Source of the DNA: Bryobacteraceae bacterium
Lineage (GTDB): Bacteria; Acidobacteriota; Terriglobia; Bryobacterales; Bryobacteraceae
NCBI GenBank assembly: GCA_963844855.1
Contig: CAWJQP010000080.1
Span: 536,562-600,561 of the forward strand
Direction of reading: 5' to 3'
Length of the DNA stretch: 64,000 nt
The position numbers and the translations under genes are program-made. The notes under the pieces are model-generated. The model was not told the origin of the DNA, searched no databases, and saw nothing but the letters and a program-made list of their open reading frames with translations. This document shows, piece by piece, positions 52,138 through 62,667 of the stretch (positions within the stretch are counted from its first letter, which is position 1; the number at the start of each line of letters is the position of its first letter).

Positions 52138-53696
52138 TGATTCCCCCGACCGCCGTACTGAGGGCGAGAACACTAGCGGTCTGCGTCTGCTTCACCCTTC
52201 AGTCTTTCGCTGCGTCAGGGGAGATCGAAGCACGACGCTACATAGCCGACATCAAGTACTTAACCTCTCCTAATCTCAAGGGTCGCGCTTCAGGGTCACC
52301 GGAACTCGATAAAGCAGCGCGGTACATAGCCAAGGAATTTCGTAAGGCGGGTTTAAAGCCTGGGAATGGCGACAGCTATCTGCAGCCATTCGCTGTCTGC
52401 GTGGAATCGACGCTTGGCCCGGCGAATCGGGCGTCTTATTCGCTGGATGGAACACGTACAGAGCTAAAGCTCGGCGATCATTTCATGCCGTTTGGATTTT
52501 CGGCATCGGCAGTAACGCAAGGCTCCGTCGCCTTCGCCGGCTACGGCATCACCGCGCCTGAGTATGGCTACGATGATTACGCTGGTATCGATGTTCGCGG
52601 GAAGGTCGTTCTGTTGCTTCGTCATGAACCTCAGGAGTTCGATTCAGCCAGTCCGTTCGAGGGCCGTGTATACACCGAACACTCCCAGCTCTTCAGCAAG
52701 GCTTTGAATGCTCGCGCTCATGGCGCAACTGCCATTCTCTATGTGAATGACACCGCAAATCATGGCTCGGATGCTCTGGAAAAGTTCGTTAGCTTGCCGG
52801 GTCCCGCTGATCCGGGAGTTCCGTTTCTGCAGATTGCAAGCGAGCATGTCGACAAATGGCTTGCCCGCGCCGGATATAACTTCCGGACTGTGCAGGAACA
52901 GATTGATCAGACTTTGAAGCCGCGCTCGTTCCTTCTTCCTTCGGAGTTGCAAGTCGATATTCAAACAGACGTGAAGCACACATCGCGCGATGTGTACAAC
53001 GTGGTGGCATACTTGCCTGGCACGATACCGGGACATATCGTTATCGGCGCTCATTACGATCATCTAGGCGCCGGAGAGCAGTATTCCCTCGCTCCCGAGA
53101 AGGTTGGCTCTATTCACCCCGGGGCCGACGACAACGCGTCCGGCGTTGCGGGCGTGCTGGCGATTGCGCGGTATTTTAGTTCTCATCCGAGGCCGGCTCG
53201 GGGCATCCTGTTTATCGCATTTGCAGGAGAAGAGTTGGGACTGCTCGGCTCCTCCCATTACGTGAATCATCCGCTCCTTCCAATTGATCAAGCCTCACTG
53301 ATGATCAACATGGACATGATCGGACGCATCAAAGACAAGAAGGTGATGGTCGGCGGAGCGCCTGAAGGTAGCGGCATTCGCAATGTACTCGACTCGCTGG
53401 GACCCAAATACGATCTGGACCTCGATCTGAGCGATGCCACCGTCTATGGTTCAAGCGACCACACATCATTCAAGGCGCGCCGTGTACCCACGTTATTCTT
53501 CTTCACCGGTCTGCATGCGGATTATCACCGGCCATCCGACACCTGGGAAAAGATCGAGACACAAAGCACAATACGGCTTCTCAAGCTGATTGCAGATCTA
53601 ACCGCTGTTGTTGCTACGCCTTCCGGTAAGCCCCAGTTTGCCGGACAGCGTGACGGCGGTAGCTCAAAGCATCTTCAAACGTTTCAGTATCAATAG
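52137..53696 (+). CDS. M28 family peptidase with PA domain (secreted)
   Basis: Signal peptide; HYDHLGAGEQ, DDNASGVAGVLAIARYF, FIAFAGEELGLLGSSHYV. Paralogous to the genes at 21624 and 34005. The ORF track starts at 52098. Confidence 0.85.
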   Translation: MIPPTAVLRARTLAVCVCFTLQSFAASGEIEARRYIADIKYLTSPNLKGRASGSPELDKAARYIAKEFRKAGLKPGNGDSYLQPFAVCVESTLGPANRASYSLDGTRTELKLGDHFMPFGFSASAVTQGSVAFAGYGITAPEYGYDDYAGIDVRGKVVLLLRHEPQEFDSASPFEGRVYTEHSQLFSKALNARAHGATAILYVNDTANHGSDALEKFVSLPGPADPGVPFLQIASEHVDKWLARAGYNFRTVQEQIDQTLKPRSFLLPSELQVDIQTDVKHTSRDVYNVVAYLPGTIPGHIVIGAHYDHLGAGEQYSLAPEKVGSIHPGADDNASGVAGVLAIARYFSSHPRPARGILFIAFAGEELGLLGSSHYVNHPLLPIDQASLMINMDMIGRIKDKKVMVGGAPEGSGIRNVLDSLGPKYDLDLDLSDATVYGSSDHTSFKARRVPTLFFFTGLHADYHRPSDTWEKIETQSTIRLLKLIADLTAVVATPSGKPQFAGQRDGGSSKHLQTFQYQ

Positions 53697-54530
53697 CATC
53701 GTCACTGAAGCGAGCCCGATGATTCCCAGGACGATACTCCAGGAGTGCTGGGCTTCCGCAAACGGCAACGATTTAAGGTTCATCCCATACATACCTGTGA
53801 TGACCAGAGCAGGAGTTGCGATTGTTCCAAGGATCGTCATGCCTTTCATCACCTGGTTGGTGCGATTGGCGACGCTAGACAAATACAACTCAGTCGCGCC
53901 GTTCAAAAGATCCCTGTTGATTTCGATGAGATCGAGATTTCGCATTAAGTGATCGTAGACATCGCGGAGGAATGGCACTAGATCGGGCTTGATCAAGCCC
54001 GCGTCGTTGCGGAGTAATTGCCCAACCACATCGCGAGTATTCGCGAGGATACGCCGGAGTTGCATCAACACGCGTTTCAGATCGAAGATCGCGCTCAGTA
54101 CGTCCGGATGCGGGTTCTCGAGAGCAACATCTTCCAATTCGTTGATCTGGTCGCTGACGTTATCGATGATCGGATGATAGGAGTCGACAATCGAGTCCAT
54201 CACGCGGTAAAACACTTCGTCCGGACGAAGTGAAGCGCTCATTCCTTCGAGCTTGTCCAGCGCGAACGTCACAGCAGCGCAGGATTCTTCCTGGACCGTG
54301 ATTAGCCAATCTGGACCCAAAAAGAAATCAAGGTCGGCGATGTTCAGTGTCCGGTCATCTTTCAGTTCTACAGGTTTGAGAACAACGAAAAGATATCCGT
54401 TCAACGGTTCCGCCTTCGCCGATTGGTTCCGGTTGCGGACGTCCTCAAGATGGAGCGGATGCAGGTTATACTTCGCTGCGAGTTCCGGAAGCCGTGGGTC
54501 GTCTGGGTCGCGAAGATCTTGCCAGTTCAT
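53664..54530 (-). CDS. corA: magnesium/cobalt transporter CorA family
   Basis: C-terminal two TM helices with the GMN signature (GMYGMNLK) and N-terminal CorA cytoplasmic domain. Confidence 0.85.
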   Translation of the reverse strand: MNWQDLRDPDDPRLPELAAKYNLHPLHLEDVRNRNQSAKAEPLNGYLFVVLKPVELKDDRTLNIADLDFFLGPDWLITVQEESCAAVTFALDKLEGMSASLRPDEVFYRVMDSIVDSYHPIIDNVSDQINELEDVALENPHPDVLSAIFDLKRVLMQLRRILANTRDVVGQLLRNDAGLIKPDLVPFLRDVYDHLMRNLDLIEINRDLLNGATELYLSSVANRTNQVMKGMTILGTIATPALVITGMYGMNLKSLPFAEAQHSWSIVLGIIGLASVTMLLILKRLKML

Positions 54531-54536
54531 GGGTGT

Positions 54537-55547
54537 TTAGAGGATCAACATACAGTCGCCGTAAGAAAAAAACCGATAGCGCTGCTCAATCGCATACTGG
54601 TATGCCGCCAGGGTCAACTCACGGCCGGCGAACGCGCTCACCAGCATCAATAGACTCGACTGCGGCAAATGGAAGTTTGTCAGCATGGCGTCAATGGCCC
54701 GAAACCGATAGCCAGGACTAATGAATAAGTTCGTCTCGCCCGACATTTTCCCGTTTGCATAAGCTGTCTCAACTGTGCGAACGCTTGTCGTTCCCACCGC
54801 GATTCGTCGCGTTGCCGCGCGAATCGTATTTAGATTATCTTCTGTCACCCCATATCGCTCAAAATGCAACTTCACATCATCGACTTCGGTGGCGTGGATC
54901 GGCGCAAATGTACCTAATCCAACGTGAAGCGTCACTCTAGCGATGTTAGCGCCGGCCGAGCGGCAATGGTCAAGTATTTCGGGCGTGAAATGCAGGCCGG
55001 CTGTAGGCGCGGCCACCGAACCGGTCTGGTCCGCGTACACCGTCTGATATCGCTCCCGATCCTCATCGCGATCCTCGCGACGTATGTATGGCGGTAACGG
55101 CACGTGACCGACTCGCTCGATCTCGATCAACAGATCCTCATCGCACTCGAACTGAATCGTTCGTTCTCCGTGCTCACTCCGATCGAGCACTACGCCAGCC
55201 AGCGATTCCGAGAACCTCAACTTCTCACCAACCGCGACTTTCCGGCCAGGCCGGACTAAAGCCTGCCATGTGCGGTGATCGTCCGTCACCGGCTTGACAA
55301 GAAACACTTCGATTCGCGCAGGACCCGATGGCCGCGTCGCGAATAATCTGGAAGGCAGGACACGCGAGTCATTGAGGATCAGGCAGTCGCCGGGCTCTAT
55401 GAAGCGCGGCAACTCGGAGAACATGCGGTCTTCCCATTGCCCGGAGTTGCGATGGACTACAAGCATGCGCGAGTTCGCTCTGTTTTCGAGCGGCTGCTGC
55501 GCAATAAGTTCAGGCGGCAACTCGTAGCTGAACTCGTCTACACGCAC
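54537..55547 (-). CDS. queA: tRNA preQ1(34) S-adenosylmethionine ribosyltransferase-isomerase QueA
   Basis: [20 protein letters not shown]-terminus, ...[10 protein letters not shown]... core. The ORF track extends upstream to 55880 through non-coding read-through. The start is likely GTG 55547 or ATG 55577. Confidence 0.85.
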   Translation of the reverse strand: MRVDEFSYELPPELIAQQPLENRANSRMLVVHRNSGQWEDRMFSELPRFIEPGDCLILNDSRVLPSRLFATRPSGPARIEVFLVKPVTDDHRTWQALVRPGRKVAVGEKLRFSESLAGVVLDRSEHGERTIQFECDEDLLIEIERVGHVPLPPYIRREDRDEDRERYQTVYADQTGSVAAPTAGLHFTPEILDHCRSAGANIARVTLHVGLGTFAPIHATEVDDVKLHFERYGVTEDNLNTIRAATRRIAVGTTSVRTVETAYANGKMSGETNLFISPGYRFRAIDAMLTNFHLPQSSLLMLVSAFAGRELTLAAYQYAIEQRYRFFSYGDCMLIL

Positions 55548-55563
55548 GCTCGTTAGAATAACA

Positions 55564-56649
55564 GTGGTGGCTCGCATTCTCGCTTTAGAATCCTCGTGCG
55601 ACGAAACCGCGGCGGCCATCGTCGAGGATGGCGAACGCGTTCTCTCGTCGGTCGTGGCGTCGCAGCTTGCAACACATGGAAAATACGGCGGTGTTGTGCC
55701 TGAGCTTGCCTCCCGGGAGCACCTGCGATCAATCGTTCCGGTCGTTCGGGAGGCGCTGGGAAGCACTGGGCTAGCGCTCTCGTCCATGGATGCCATCGCG
55801 GTCACCGAAGGACCCGGACTCGTCGGATCGTTGCTGGTTGGAATCACATATGCCAAAGCATTGTCGTTCGCTTCGGGCAAGCCGCTGATCGCCGTGAATC
55901 ACGTCGAAGGGCACATTCATGCCGTGATCATGGAAGCCCGGCAGAGCGGACATCCCGTGGAGTTCCCGGTCCTTGCTCTGGTCGCAAGCGGAGGCCACAC
56001 ACATCTCTTTGAAATCCAGGAAGGCTACCGGTATCGCTTGCTCGGCAAGACGAGGGATGATGCTGCAGGCGAGGCTTTTGACAAGGTGGGCAAGTTACTC
56101 GGATTTGGCTATCCGGGAGGACCGATCCTCGATAAACTCGCGCCGTTTGGCGATCCGAAGGGTGTTCGTTTCACCATCGCGAAGATTAAAGGGAATGCCA
56201 CTGATTTCAGCTTCAGCGGTTTGAAGACTGCTGTGCTGCGATGGTTCGAACAACAGGATATGTCCTCTGAGGTCGCTGCGCGTCGCGACCTGCTTCGTTC
56301 AAGCCCGCGACCGCAAGTTGACGAATGGTTGCAGGTGACACCCAAGCGAACACTCGATCTTATTGCTTCGTTTCAGGCCACAGTCATCGAAGAACTACTC
56401 CGCCGCGTACGATCAAGCTCCGAGGACACGAATGCCCGAACGGTCATCGTCTCCGGAGGCGTCGCCTGTAACGTCGGTCTCCGAGAAGCAGCCGGTCGCG
56501 AGCGTCTCGACGCGAGAATTCTGTTCCCGACTCCCGGCCTGTCTACGGATAACGCGGCGATGATAGCCGCGGCCGCTTTTCGAAAGCTGGAGCAAAAGCA
56601 GTTCGTTGGCTGGGACCTGGCGGCAAAAGCCAATCTCCCGGTGACGTAG
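55564..56649 (+). CDS. tsaD: tRNA N6-adenosine threonylcarbamoyltransferase TsaD
   Basis: [17 protein letters not shown], and the GGVACN motif region. Divergent from queA, with the starts within ~20 bp of each other. Confidence 0.9.
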   Translation: MVARILALESSCDETAAAIVEDGERVLSSVVASQLATHGKYGGVVPELASREHLRSIVPVVREALGSTGLALSSMDAIAVTEGPGLVGSLLVGITYAKALSFASGKPLIAVNHVEGHIHAVIMEARQSGHPVEFPVLALVASGGHTHLFEIQEGYRYRLLGKTRDDAAGEAFDKVGKLLGFGYPGGPILDKLAPFGDPKGVRFTIAKIKGNATDFSFSGLKTAVLRWFEQQDMSSEVAARRDLLRSSPRPQVDEWLQVTPKRTLDLIASFQATVIEELLRRVRSSSEDTNARTVIVSGGVACNVGLREAAGRERLDARILFPTPGLSTDNAAMIAAAAFRKLEQKQFVGWDLAAKANLPVT

Positions 56650-56658
56650 CGCGTACAG

Positions 56659-57078
56659 CTACCTCGGGTAAGGATGCCCACGCAGCGTCGTAAACGCCCG
56701 GTAGATCTGCTCTGCGAGCATTGCTCGCGCTAGCTCATGAGGAAACGTCATCGGGGAAAGCGAAAGCAGGAGATCCGCGCGGGCTGCCCAGCCTGTCGGC
56801 AGTCCGTCCGCTCCACCGATGACAAAAACCTGATCCCGGCCCTCCATCTCACCCTTGGCGAACATATCGGTAAATTGGTTGGAGTTCAAAAGCTTGCCCG
56901 ATGGGTCGAGTAGAACTTTGTTGGCCGACGAGTGCTTGGTCCATAAATCAGCGCGTTCGGGATGGATCTCACGCATCTCGCACGACGCGTAACGCGAGCT
57001 GCGTTTCAGGAACTCCGCGGCGATTCCGTTCGAATGAACATCCCTCGTCTTGCCGATGTAGTACAGCCAGACTTTCAT
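56659..57078 (-). CDS. rlmH: 23S rRNA (pseudouridine1915-N3)-methyltransferase RlmH
   Basis: 139 aa SPOUT-fold; FVIGGADGLP...HELARAMLAEQIYRAFT...GHPYPR matches the RlmH C-terminus. Confidence 0.85.
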   Translation of the reverse strand: MKVWLYYIGKTRDVHSNGIAAEFLKRSSRYASCEMREIHPERADLWTKHSSANKVLLDPSGKLLNSNQFTDMFAKGEMEGRDQVFVIGGADGLPTGWAARADLLLSLSPMTFPHELARAMLAEQIYRAFTTLRGHPYPR

Positions 57079-57794
57079 CTGTAGGTCAACAATCGGCGTT
57101 CATCAAAGTGAGGAATCGAGTTGTGCGAATGCATCGAGAATCGCTCTCCAGAGAAAAGAAACTCTGAGAACGAGGCATTCCGGGTCAGCCAGATAAACTC
57201 GATCGCGCGATGCGGCGTGAGATCGAGAACCCGTGAGACAGTGGCTGCAATCACGCCTCCGGACGTAAACACCGCGACGTTCTTTCCACCAGACGTCACT
57301 TGGCGGATCTCATCGATTGCTCGCTCCACACGCGAGCGGAACTGCGCCCACGATTCCAGGTCCGGGATGTCGTATTGGCCGGTGCACCAGCTTCGCGAAA
57401 CAGCTTCGAACAGCTTCTGCAGCAATCGTCCAGCTTCTGGAGAATGGCGATTCGAGAAAAATTCATCGTTCAGAAGCCGGATCTCCGGATCGCAGTCAAG
57501 CAGCAGCGGCGTTAGTTCTCGCGCAACCCGAAATGCGTCGAATTCATCGAGTTCGGGAACGATCTGCACCTCCGGCCAAGGCAGTCCCGCCTCTCGCACC
57601 GCTTCGCCCGCGATCTCGACTGTGCGGGTATGACGACGCGCCGGGCCGCTAAAGCAAACATCAAAAACAATCTCGTGCCGGGCCCAGAATTCACCCAGCT
57701 TCCGGGATTGCTCCTCGCCGAGGATCGATAGCCGGTCGTAATCTTCGGACATGTAGGAAGCCTGGCCATGCCTGACTAGAGTCAAAACGCTCAT
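57075..57794 (-). CDS. histidine phosphatase family protein (phosphoglycerate mutase-like)
   Basis: LTLVRHGQASY RHG catalytic motif. 4-bp overlap with rlmH. Confidence 0.75.
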   Translation of the reverse strand: MSVLTLVRHGQASYMSEDYDRLSILGEEQSRKLGEFWARHEIVFDVCFSGPARRHTRTVEIAGEAVREAGLPWPEVQIVPELDEFDAFRVARELTPLLLDCDPEIRLLNDEFFSNRHSPEAGRLLQKLFEAVSRSWCTGQYDIPDLESWAQFRSRVERAIDEIRQVTSGGKNVAVFTSGGVIAATVSRVLDLTPHRAIEFIWLTRNASFSEFLFSGERFSMHSHNSIPHFDERRLLTYR

Positions 57795-57885
57795 TCTCTA
57801 CCAGGATAGTGGGCTCCATGTAAAGCATTTGCCGGATGTACGCAACCGCCTGACGTACTACAATTACTCCAACTAGCAGTAAAAA

Positions 57886-58701
57886 ATGGGGCGGGTTGTA
57901 ATCCGCGGTACGGGTTTAAGGGTGAACAATATTCATAGCGGTGGCGTCAGTGTGTTCTTTCCGGCATACAACGACGCACTATCCATTTCCGAACTGGTGA
58001 CCCACGCGTTTAAGGTGCTTCCAGCCTTAACGGATGACTTTGAGGTCATCGTGATCAACGACGGTAGCCGTGATCGTACAGCGCAAGTGCTGGCGGGCCT
58101 CGAAGAGCAGTTCGGGCCGCGTTTTCGCGTCGTCACACACGAGCAGAATCGAGGTTATGGTGGCGCGCTGCGTAGCGGGTTCGCGGCGGCCACCAAAGAC
58201 CTCGTCTTCTACACCGACGGTGACGGGCAATATGACGTTCGTGAGCTTCCCAAACTGATCGAGAAGATGTCCCCCGAGGTTGGACTCGTTAACGGATTTA
58301 AACTCGAGCGGAACGATCCAAAGCATCGCATCTGGATCGGCACAACGTACAACGCGTTTGCGCGTTTCCTGTTCCGAGTCAAGATTCGCGACATCGATTG
58401 CGACTTCCGTTTGATTCGCAGAAATCTCCTCGACAAGATCAAACTGACCTCGACAAGTGGAACGATCTGCGTCGAACTCGTACGCAAGATCGAGTTGACA
58501 TCTTGGCGCGTTGTAGAGGTTGGTGTTCACCACTATCCTCGCCTGCACGGCCGGAGTCAATTCTTCCGTTTCCGAAGCTTGTTGACAACGCTATATCAGC
58601 TTACGCACCTCTATGTCATGGTTGGAATCGACAAGTCTGTCGATCGCAGCCGGCGAACCTTCCAATGGATAGCTGAGAGCGGTAACCACAAACTCGAATA
58701 G
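57886..58701 (+). CDS. family 2 glycosyltransferase (dolichyl-phosphate mannose synthase-like, non-processive)
   Basis: VSVFFPAYNDA..., VINDGSRDRT, DGDGQYD (DxD). The start may be downstream of 57886. Confidence 0.8.
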   Translation: MGRVVIRGTGLRVNNIHSGGVSVFFPAYNDALSISELVTHAFKVLPALTDDFEVIVINDGSRDRTAQVLAGLEEQFGPRFRVVTHEQNRGYGGALRSGFAAATKDLVFYTDGDGQYDVRELPKLIEKMSPEVGLVNGFKLERNDPKHRIWIGTTYNAFARFLFRVKIRDIDCDFRLIRRNLLDKIKLTSTSGTICVELVRKIELTSWRVVEVGVHHYPRLHGRSQFFRFRSLLTTLYQLTHLYVMVGIDKSVDRSRRTFQWIAESGNHKLE

Positions 58702-58702
58702 G

Positions 58703-60632
58703 CTATTCGAGTTCGATTGAGACGAGGTGCTGGCCTCTCGGGAGCGCCAGCACCTTCTCCGCCGCCATCGTTGCCGCTACTTCCTGCCCGTCTACTTCCA
58801 GCCGCTTCACATTCCCATTGAGTACCGCCAGCGCTCTGCTGCCACTTTGATAAGACAATTCGATCGTCTTGCCGCTGGATACTGCCGTTCGAAGACTCCC
58901 ATTGAAGTGCATGATTGCGCTTGCCGGAATCTCCGCCGGCTCTAGTACGAACGATCCCGCGGGGAGCCAGATCGTCTCACCATCCGATATGGGCCATATT
59001 CGGCCATTCACCTTCGCGCCACCCTTCCAGCGCACGCCAAGCGGTCGCGCGGATTCGACAATGAGCCGATCCCCGGAACGCTCGTAGCGCTTGGCGACTG
59101 CGCCGGAAGCCGGCAACAGATCCCAGTCAGCTTTCAGGATCGAGTTCTCGAAGTACAGCGCGACCCGTTCAAAAGCGCGCGATGCGATTTGGACGAGTTG
59201 CATTAGTTCCACGCCAGTCTGCTGCTTCGTCGGATAGACGTCCTGATAGCGTTCGACGATGTTGATGTCGATCGCCAGCTTGTCGGCTCGCGGCGTGAGC
59301 TCTGCATATCGCCGGGCAATCTCGGAATACCGGTCGGGACCAAGATGCCAGACCGTCGCAGGGTCCTCGATCAGGAACTGAAAATCATGCTTGCTCAGCA
59401 TCGGCAGCACTGCCGCGGCATCGGCGCCGACCAGTTCCCGCATCCTCGTATCAAATCGGTCGTCAACGTGCGTTAAAACAATATCGAGATTCGGTCGCTC
59501 ACGACGCGCCTTTTCAAGCTCGGCAAGCCACTCCGATTGCATGCGCTTCGCAAGTCCGGCCCGCCATTCGAGAAACGTCTTCATCTCCGGCGAATCTGCC
59601 TTCGCGGGAAATAGGGAGTGTGGATCGACGCCTGCGAGATATTCGTACTCTCGACGGACATTGTCATTCATCGGCGTGAACCGCGCAGCATTGGCGCGCG
59701 CCCTCCAGCGATTCAAAGTACAGCTCGCCAAGATTGACGCCATCCCAGTCAAAGCGCTGAATCAGGCTATGCGTGGCCGATGCGACGGCTTTGAAGCAGT
59801 CCGGATTCTGGAGGTTCATCAGCTTACGCCAGTCGAGATGCGCGTCCTGCAGCAACGCTGTCTTCTCGCGCCATTCGGGATGATCGGTCCAGAACTTCTC
59901 GCTAACGTGCGGGAGTTCTATCCAGGCGTAAACCAAAATCGCCCTCTTATGACAGGCGGCGATCAGTTTCCGCAGATACTCGTCCCGCTCGGCATCCGGC
60001 TCGTTGTAGTGCCAGGCCGCGACATGCAGGGCAGAGATTCCAGCCTTTTTCCAGCGTTCGGCAAAGTAGTCGAGATCGACTCGACTGCGATACGAAGAGT
60101 CGAAGAAGGCCCAGATGCGATTGCTGGTCAACGGCGGACGCAAACCAAGATCAGACAGCGCTTGAAGAACGTAGGGGAATCGCTCATAACCGCGCACTCC
60201 GGGCTTCGTCGCGACCCATAGAACTGCGCCCTTTCCGCTTCGGATACCCGCCATCAGGGGCGCCCCCGACCATCGCTCGCGGGCAAAGACCCGCGCATCT
60301 GCGGGTAGTTGATAGACGGGCAGCTCTTGCGACTTTTCCCAAACGATCCCAAGCTTCGGGGATCGGGCGTCTGTCACATTGCGGACCACAACCCGTTTCG
60401 CGGTCGGCGTAATCCCAAACGCCTCGGCAGTCGATGACGCGCCCTCCAAAATACCAAACGAACCCAATTCAATCTGCTGACGCGCCATCGCGATCGGCAC
60501 GTCCGACGCCTGCTTCAGTGAAATACCAACCGAACCCAAGATCGCGGGCCACGAGCCCGGTTCATCGCTCAGAAGCAGAACGTTCTGCGCCCAAAGTCCC
60601 GAAGCTACAAAGAGACTAACGAGCAAACGCAT
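58703..60632 (-). pseudogene. secreted glycoside-hydrolase-like protein (GHL10/DUF187-like TIM-barrel region + C-terminal beta-rich domain), frameshift near 59664-59752
   Basis: Signal peptide MRLLVSLFVASGLWAQ. The segment AGISALHVAAWHYNEP...ILVYAWIELPHV...DWDGVNLGELYFE resembles the GH-like TIM-barrel family seen in EPS-processing enzymes. The two ORFs (59664-60632 and 58703-59752) overlap in different frames. Confidence 0.5.
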
Positions 60633-62601
60633 ACCAGAGCCCTACTCTCCAATCGGTGTACTTCTTCGGTCTCGGATTGTCCTTCATCACGGTGTAGGAT
60701 CCCTGAAGCGAGTTCACTGAAAACACCATCGATTTCGGAACACCCGGCAGCCGGAACCGAATGCCCGGACCTTGTTCGGTCGTATTCGCCCATGCAAATC
60801 GCCGGACATCCGCAGTCAGATTCCAATTCCAGAGAAGCTGGGTATCGAGCGGCTCAAAAGTCCAACCAACTTTGTTCTGCGAGTACACCAGGAAGTCATT
60901 GTCAAAGCGGCTGATAAAGACACCGTCGGCGGTCGTCTCGCCGAACAGTCCGCTCTTCTCGGAGCCGAGATTGTAGCCAATGCTTCGCGCGTAGGAAATG
61001 CCGCCGCGAAAGTCACTGCCTCGATTTGCCTCGTGAAGATAGCTGAACGACCAACCTGCTTCGCCCCACAGAGTCACTCCTCGCAATGGCTGGGCCGATA
61101 TTCCGACTCCAGGAATTGCCGCGCTCTCGGAAAGGCCGACTGGCTGTGCAAGATTCACGTCTTGGATCCGCCCTCGGATATCTCCCGAAAATCGGGTCGA
61201 CAAGTAAAGCCGCACAGGAAGGTTGTTCAGCTTGTACTCGGTCTTGACCTGAGCGTAGGAGAAGACGTCCTTCCAACGGGAGGAGTAGAACGGAAAGACC
61301 CAGACATTAGTGTGTACGCGAGCGAGCCCCGATCGCAGATTGCGATAGGCTTTCTCCGCATCGTTTGCGATCTTGGGATCCGAACTGCGACGGGCCAGCC
61401 GAAACCACTCGATCGCTTCACGATCATCCTTCAGCATGTTGTAGGTCCATCCGAGCTTCAACATCACGCTGAAATCCACCGGATCGTTCTCGTGCGCGAT
61501 GCGCAAGTACTTGACTGCATCCTTGAGATAGCCGGCCTCGAGGCTCCGTTCGGCGAGTGTTTTAGCTTCACTGGAAGTCTGACTGCGCGGTGTTTCAGGA
61601 CGTTTTCGAAGCGTCTTCGGCATTCGCAGAGCTTCGCGCACTCGGTCAGTCACGACATCGTCGTCGGACTTCAGAGCACGTTCCAGGAGGGGCATCGCCT
61701 TCTCGACTTCACGTCGATTGAGTAACAGGAACCCGAGTTGGGCCGCCGACAGGCTGTCCTCTTTGTCGAGTTCCGTTATGACTCGGAATTGCGATTCAGC
61801 CTCATCGCGGTGACCCATTTCCAAAAGGAGGTACGCGAATTCTCGTCGGAGCGCGACGTTCGACGGGTCAAACGCAATGGCCGCCTCAAACTCGTAAACA
61901 TAGGGGTAGCGGGTTGGGAGGAGTTCGCGAGCTGCTTCTGCCGTCCGGGGTTCAGCTCCGCGAGAAGCCGCAAGTAGCGCGGCATTTGCGCGTTCCGGGG
62001 TTCCCTGGGCGCGCCAAACACTGCCAAGACGAAGGAGGAAATCGCGCCGCTCGGTACGCAGCCGCCAGGCGCGTTCGTAGTGTCGCCCGGCAGTAGTGAG
62101 ATCGTCTCGCCACTCGGCCAGACGGGCAAGTTCTTCATGAGCGCTAAAGTTTTCGGGTTGAAGTTCGACGACTCGTGACCATCGTTCGATCCCGGTTCGC
62201 AGTTCTCCGTCGATGTTTTGAAATGCTCGTTCTGCCGTGGCGTTGCCTGTCCGGCGGATTCGGTCGAAAACGCGGCGAGCTGCCGCCTGTTGTTTCGTTT
62301 CATGGCACAAAAAGGCGTATTCCAACGCAACGTGATGATCATCAGGGACCAGTCCCATCGCTTCAGCGAAGCGATCGCGCGCGAGTTCGTTTTCTCCGAT
62401 CTTCAAATAGGCGTAGGCGAGATCTTTGCGGATATCAGCCCGCTTCGGCGCAAGTTCGGCCGCTTGGGTAAAGCGAACGATCGCCGTCTCGTAGTCCTTG
62501 GCGCGCAAAGCGGTGTAGGCCGCGTCCAAGGCTGCATATTCAGGTCCTGCCGCGACTGCAACAACCGCGACAAGCCCCAAAATGCCCTTCCACCCTCTCA
62601 C
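60616..62601 (-). CDS. TPR-repeat protein with C-terminal beta-barrel, putative outer-membrane exopolysaccharide export protein (PgaA/BcsC/PelB-like architecture)
   Basis: Signal peptide. ~400 aa of TPR-like repeats, then ~250 aa with alternating hydrophobic/aromatic beta-strand pattern ending ...GLWYAFAR. Adjacent to the GH-like and GT2 genes. Confidence 0.5.
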   Translation of the reverse strand: MRGWKGILGLVAVVAVAAGPEYAALDAAYTALRAKDYETAIVRFTQAAELAPKRADIRKDLAYAYLKIGENELARDRFAEAMGLVPDDHHVALEYAFLCHETKQQAAARRVFDRIRRTGNATAERAFQNIDGELRTGIERWSRVVELQPENFSAHEELARLAEWRDDLTTAGRHYERAWRLRTERRDFLLRLGSVWRAQGTPERANAALLAASRGAEPRTAEAARELLPTRYPYVYEFEAAIAFDPSNVALRREFAYLLLEMGHRDEAESQFRVITELDKEDSLSAAQLGFLLLNRREVEKAMPLLERALKSDDDVVTDRVREALRMPKTLRKRPETPRSQTSSEAKTLAERSLEAGYLKDAVKYLRIAHENDPVDFSVMLKLGWTYNMLKDDREAIEWFRLARRSSDPKIANDAEKAYRNLRSGLARVHTNVWVFPFYSSRWKDVFSYAQVKTEYKLNNLPVRLYLSTRFSGDIRGRIQDVNLAQPVGLSESAAIPGVGISAQPLRGVTLWGEAGWSFSYLHEANRGSDFRGGISYARSIGYNLGSEKSGLFGETTADGVFISRFDNDFLVYSQNKVGWTFEPLDTQLLWNWNLTADVRRFAWANTTEQGPGIRFRLPGVPKSMVFSVNSLQGSYTVMKDNPRPKKYTDWRVGLWYAFAR

Positions 62602-62667
62602 GGATTTCTAGTGCCGGGACAGACCGCGTTTTCTCATCGGCTAACCTCGTATGTAGCACTTATTTCC

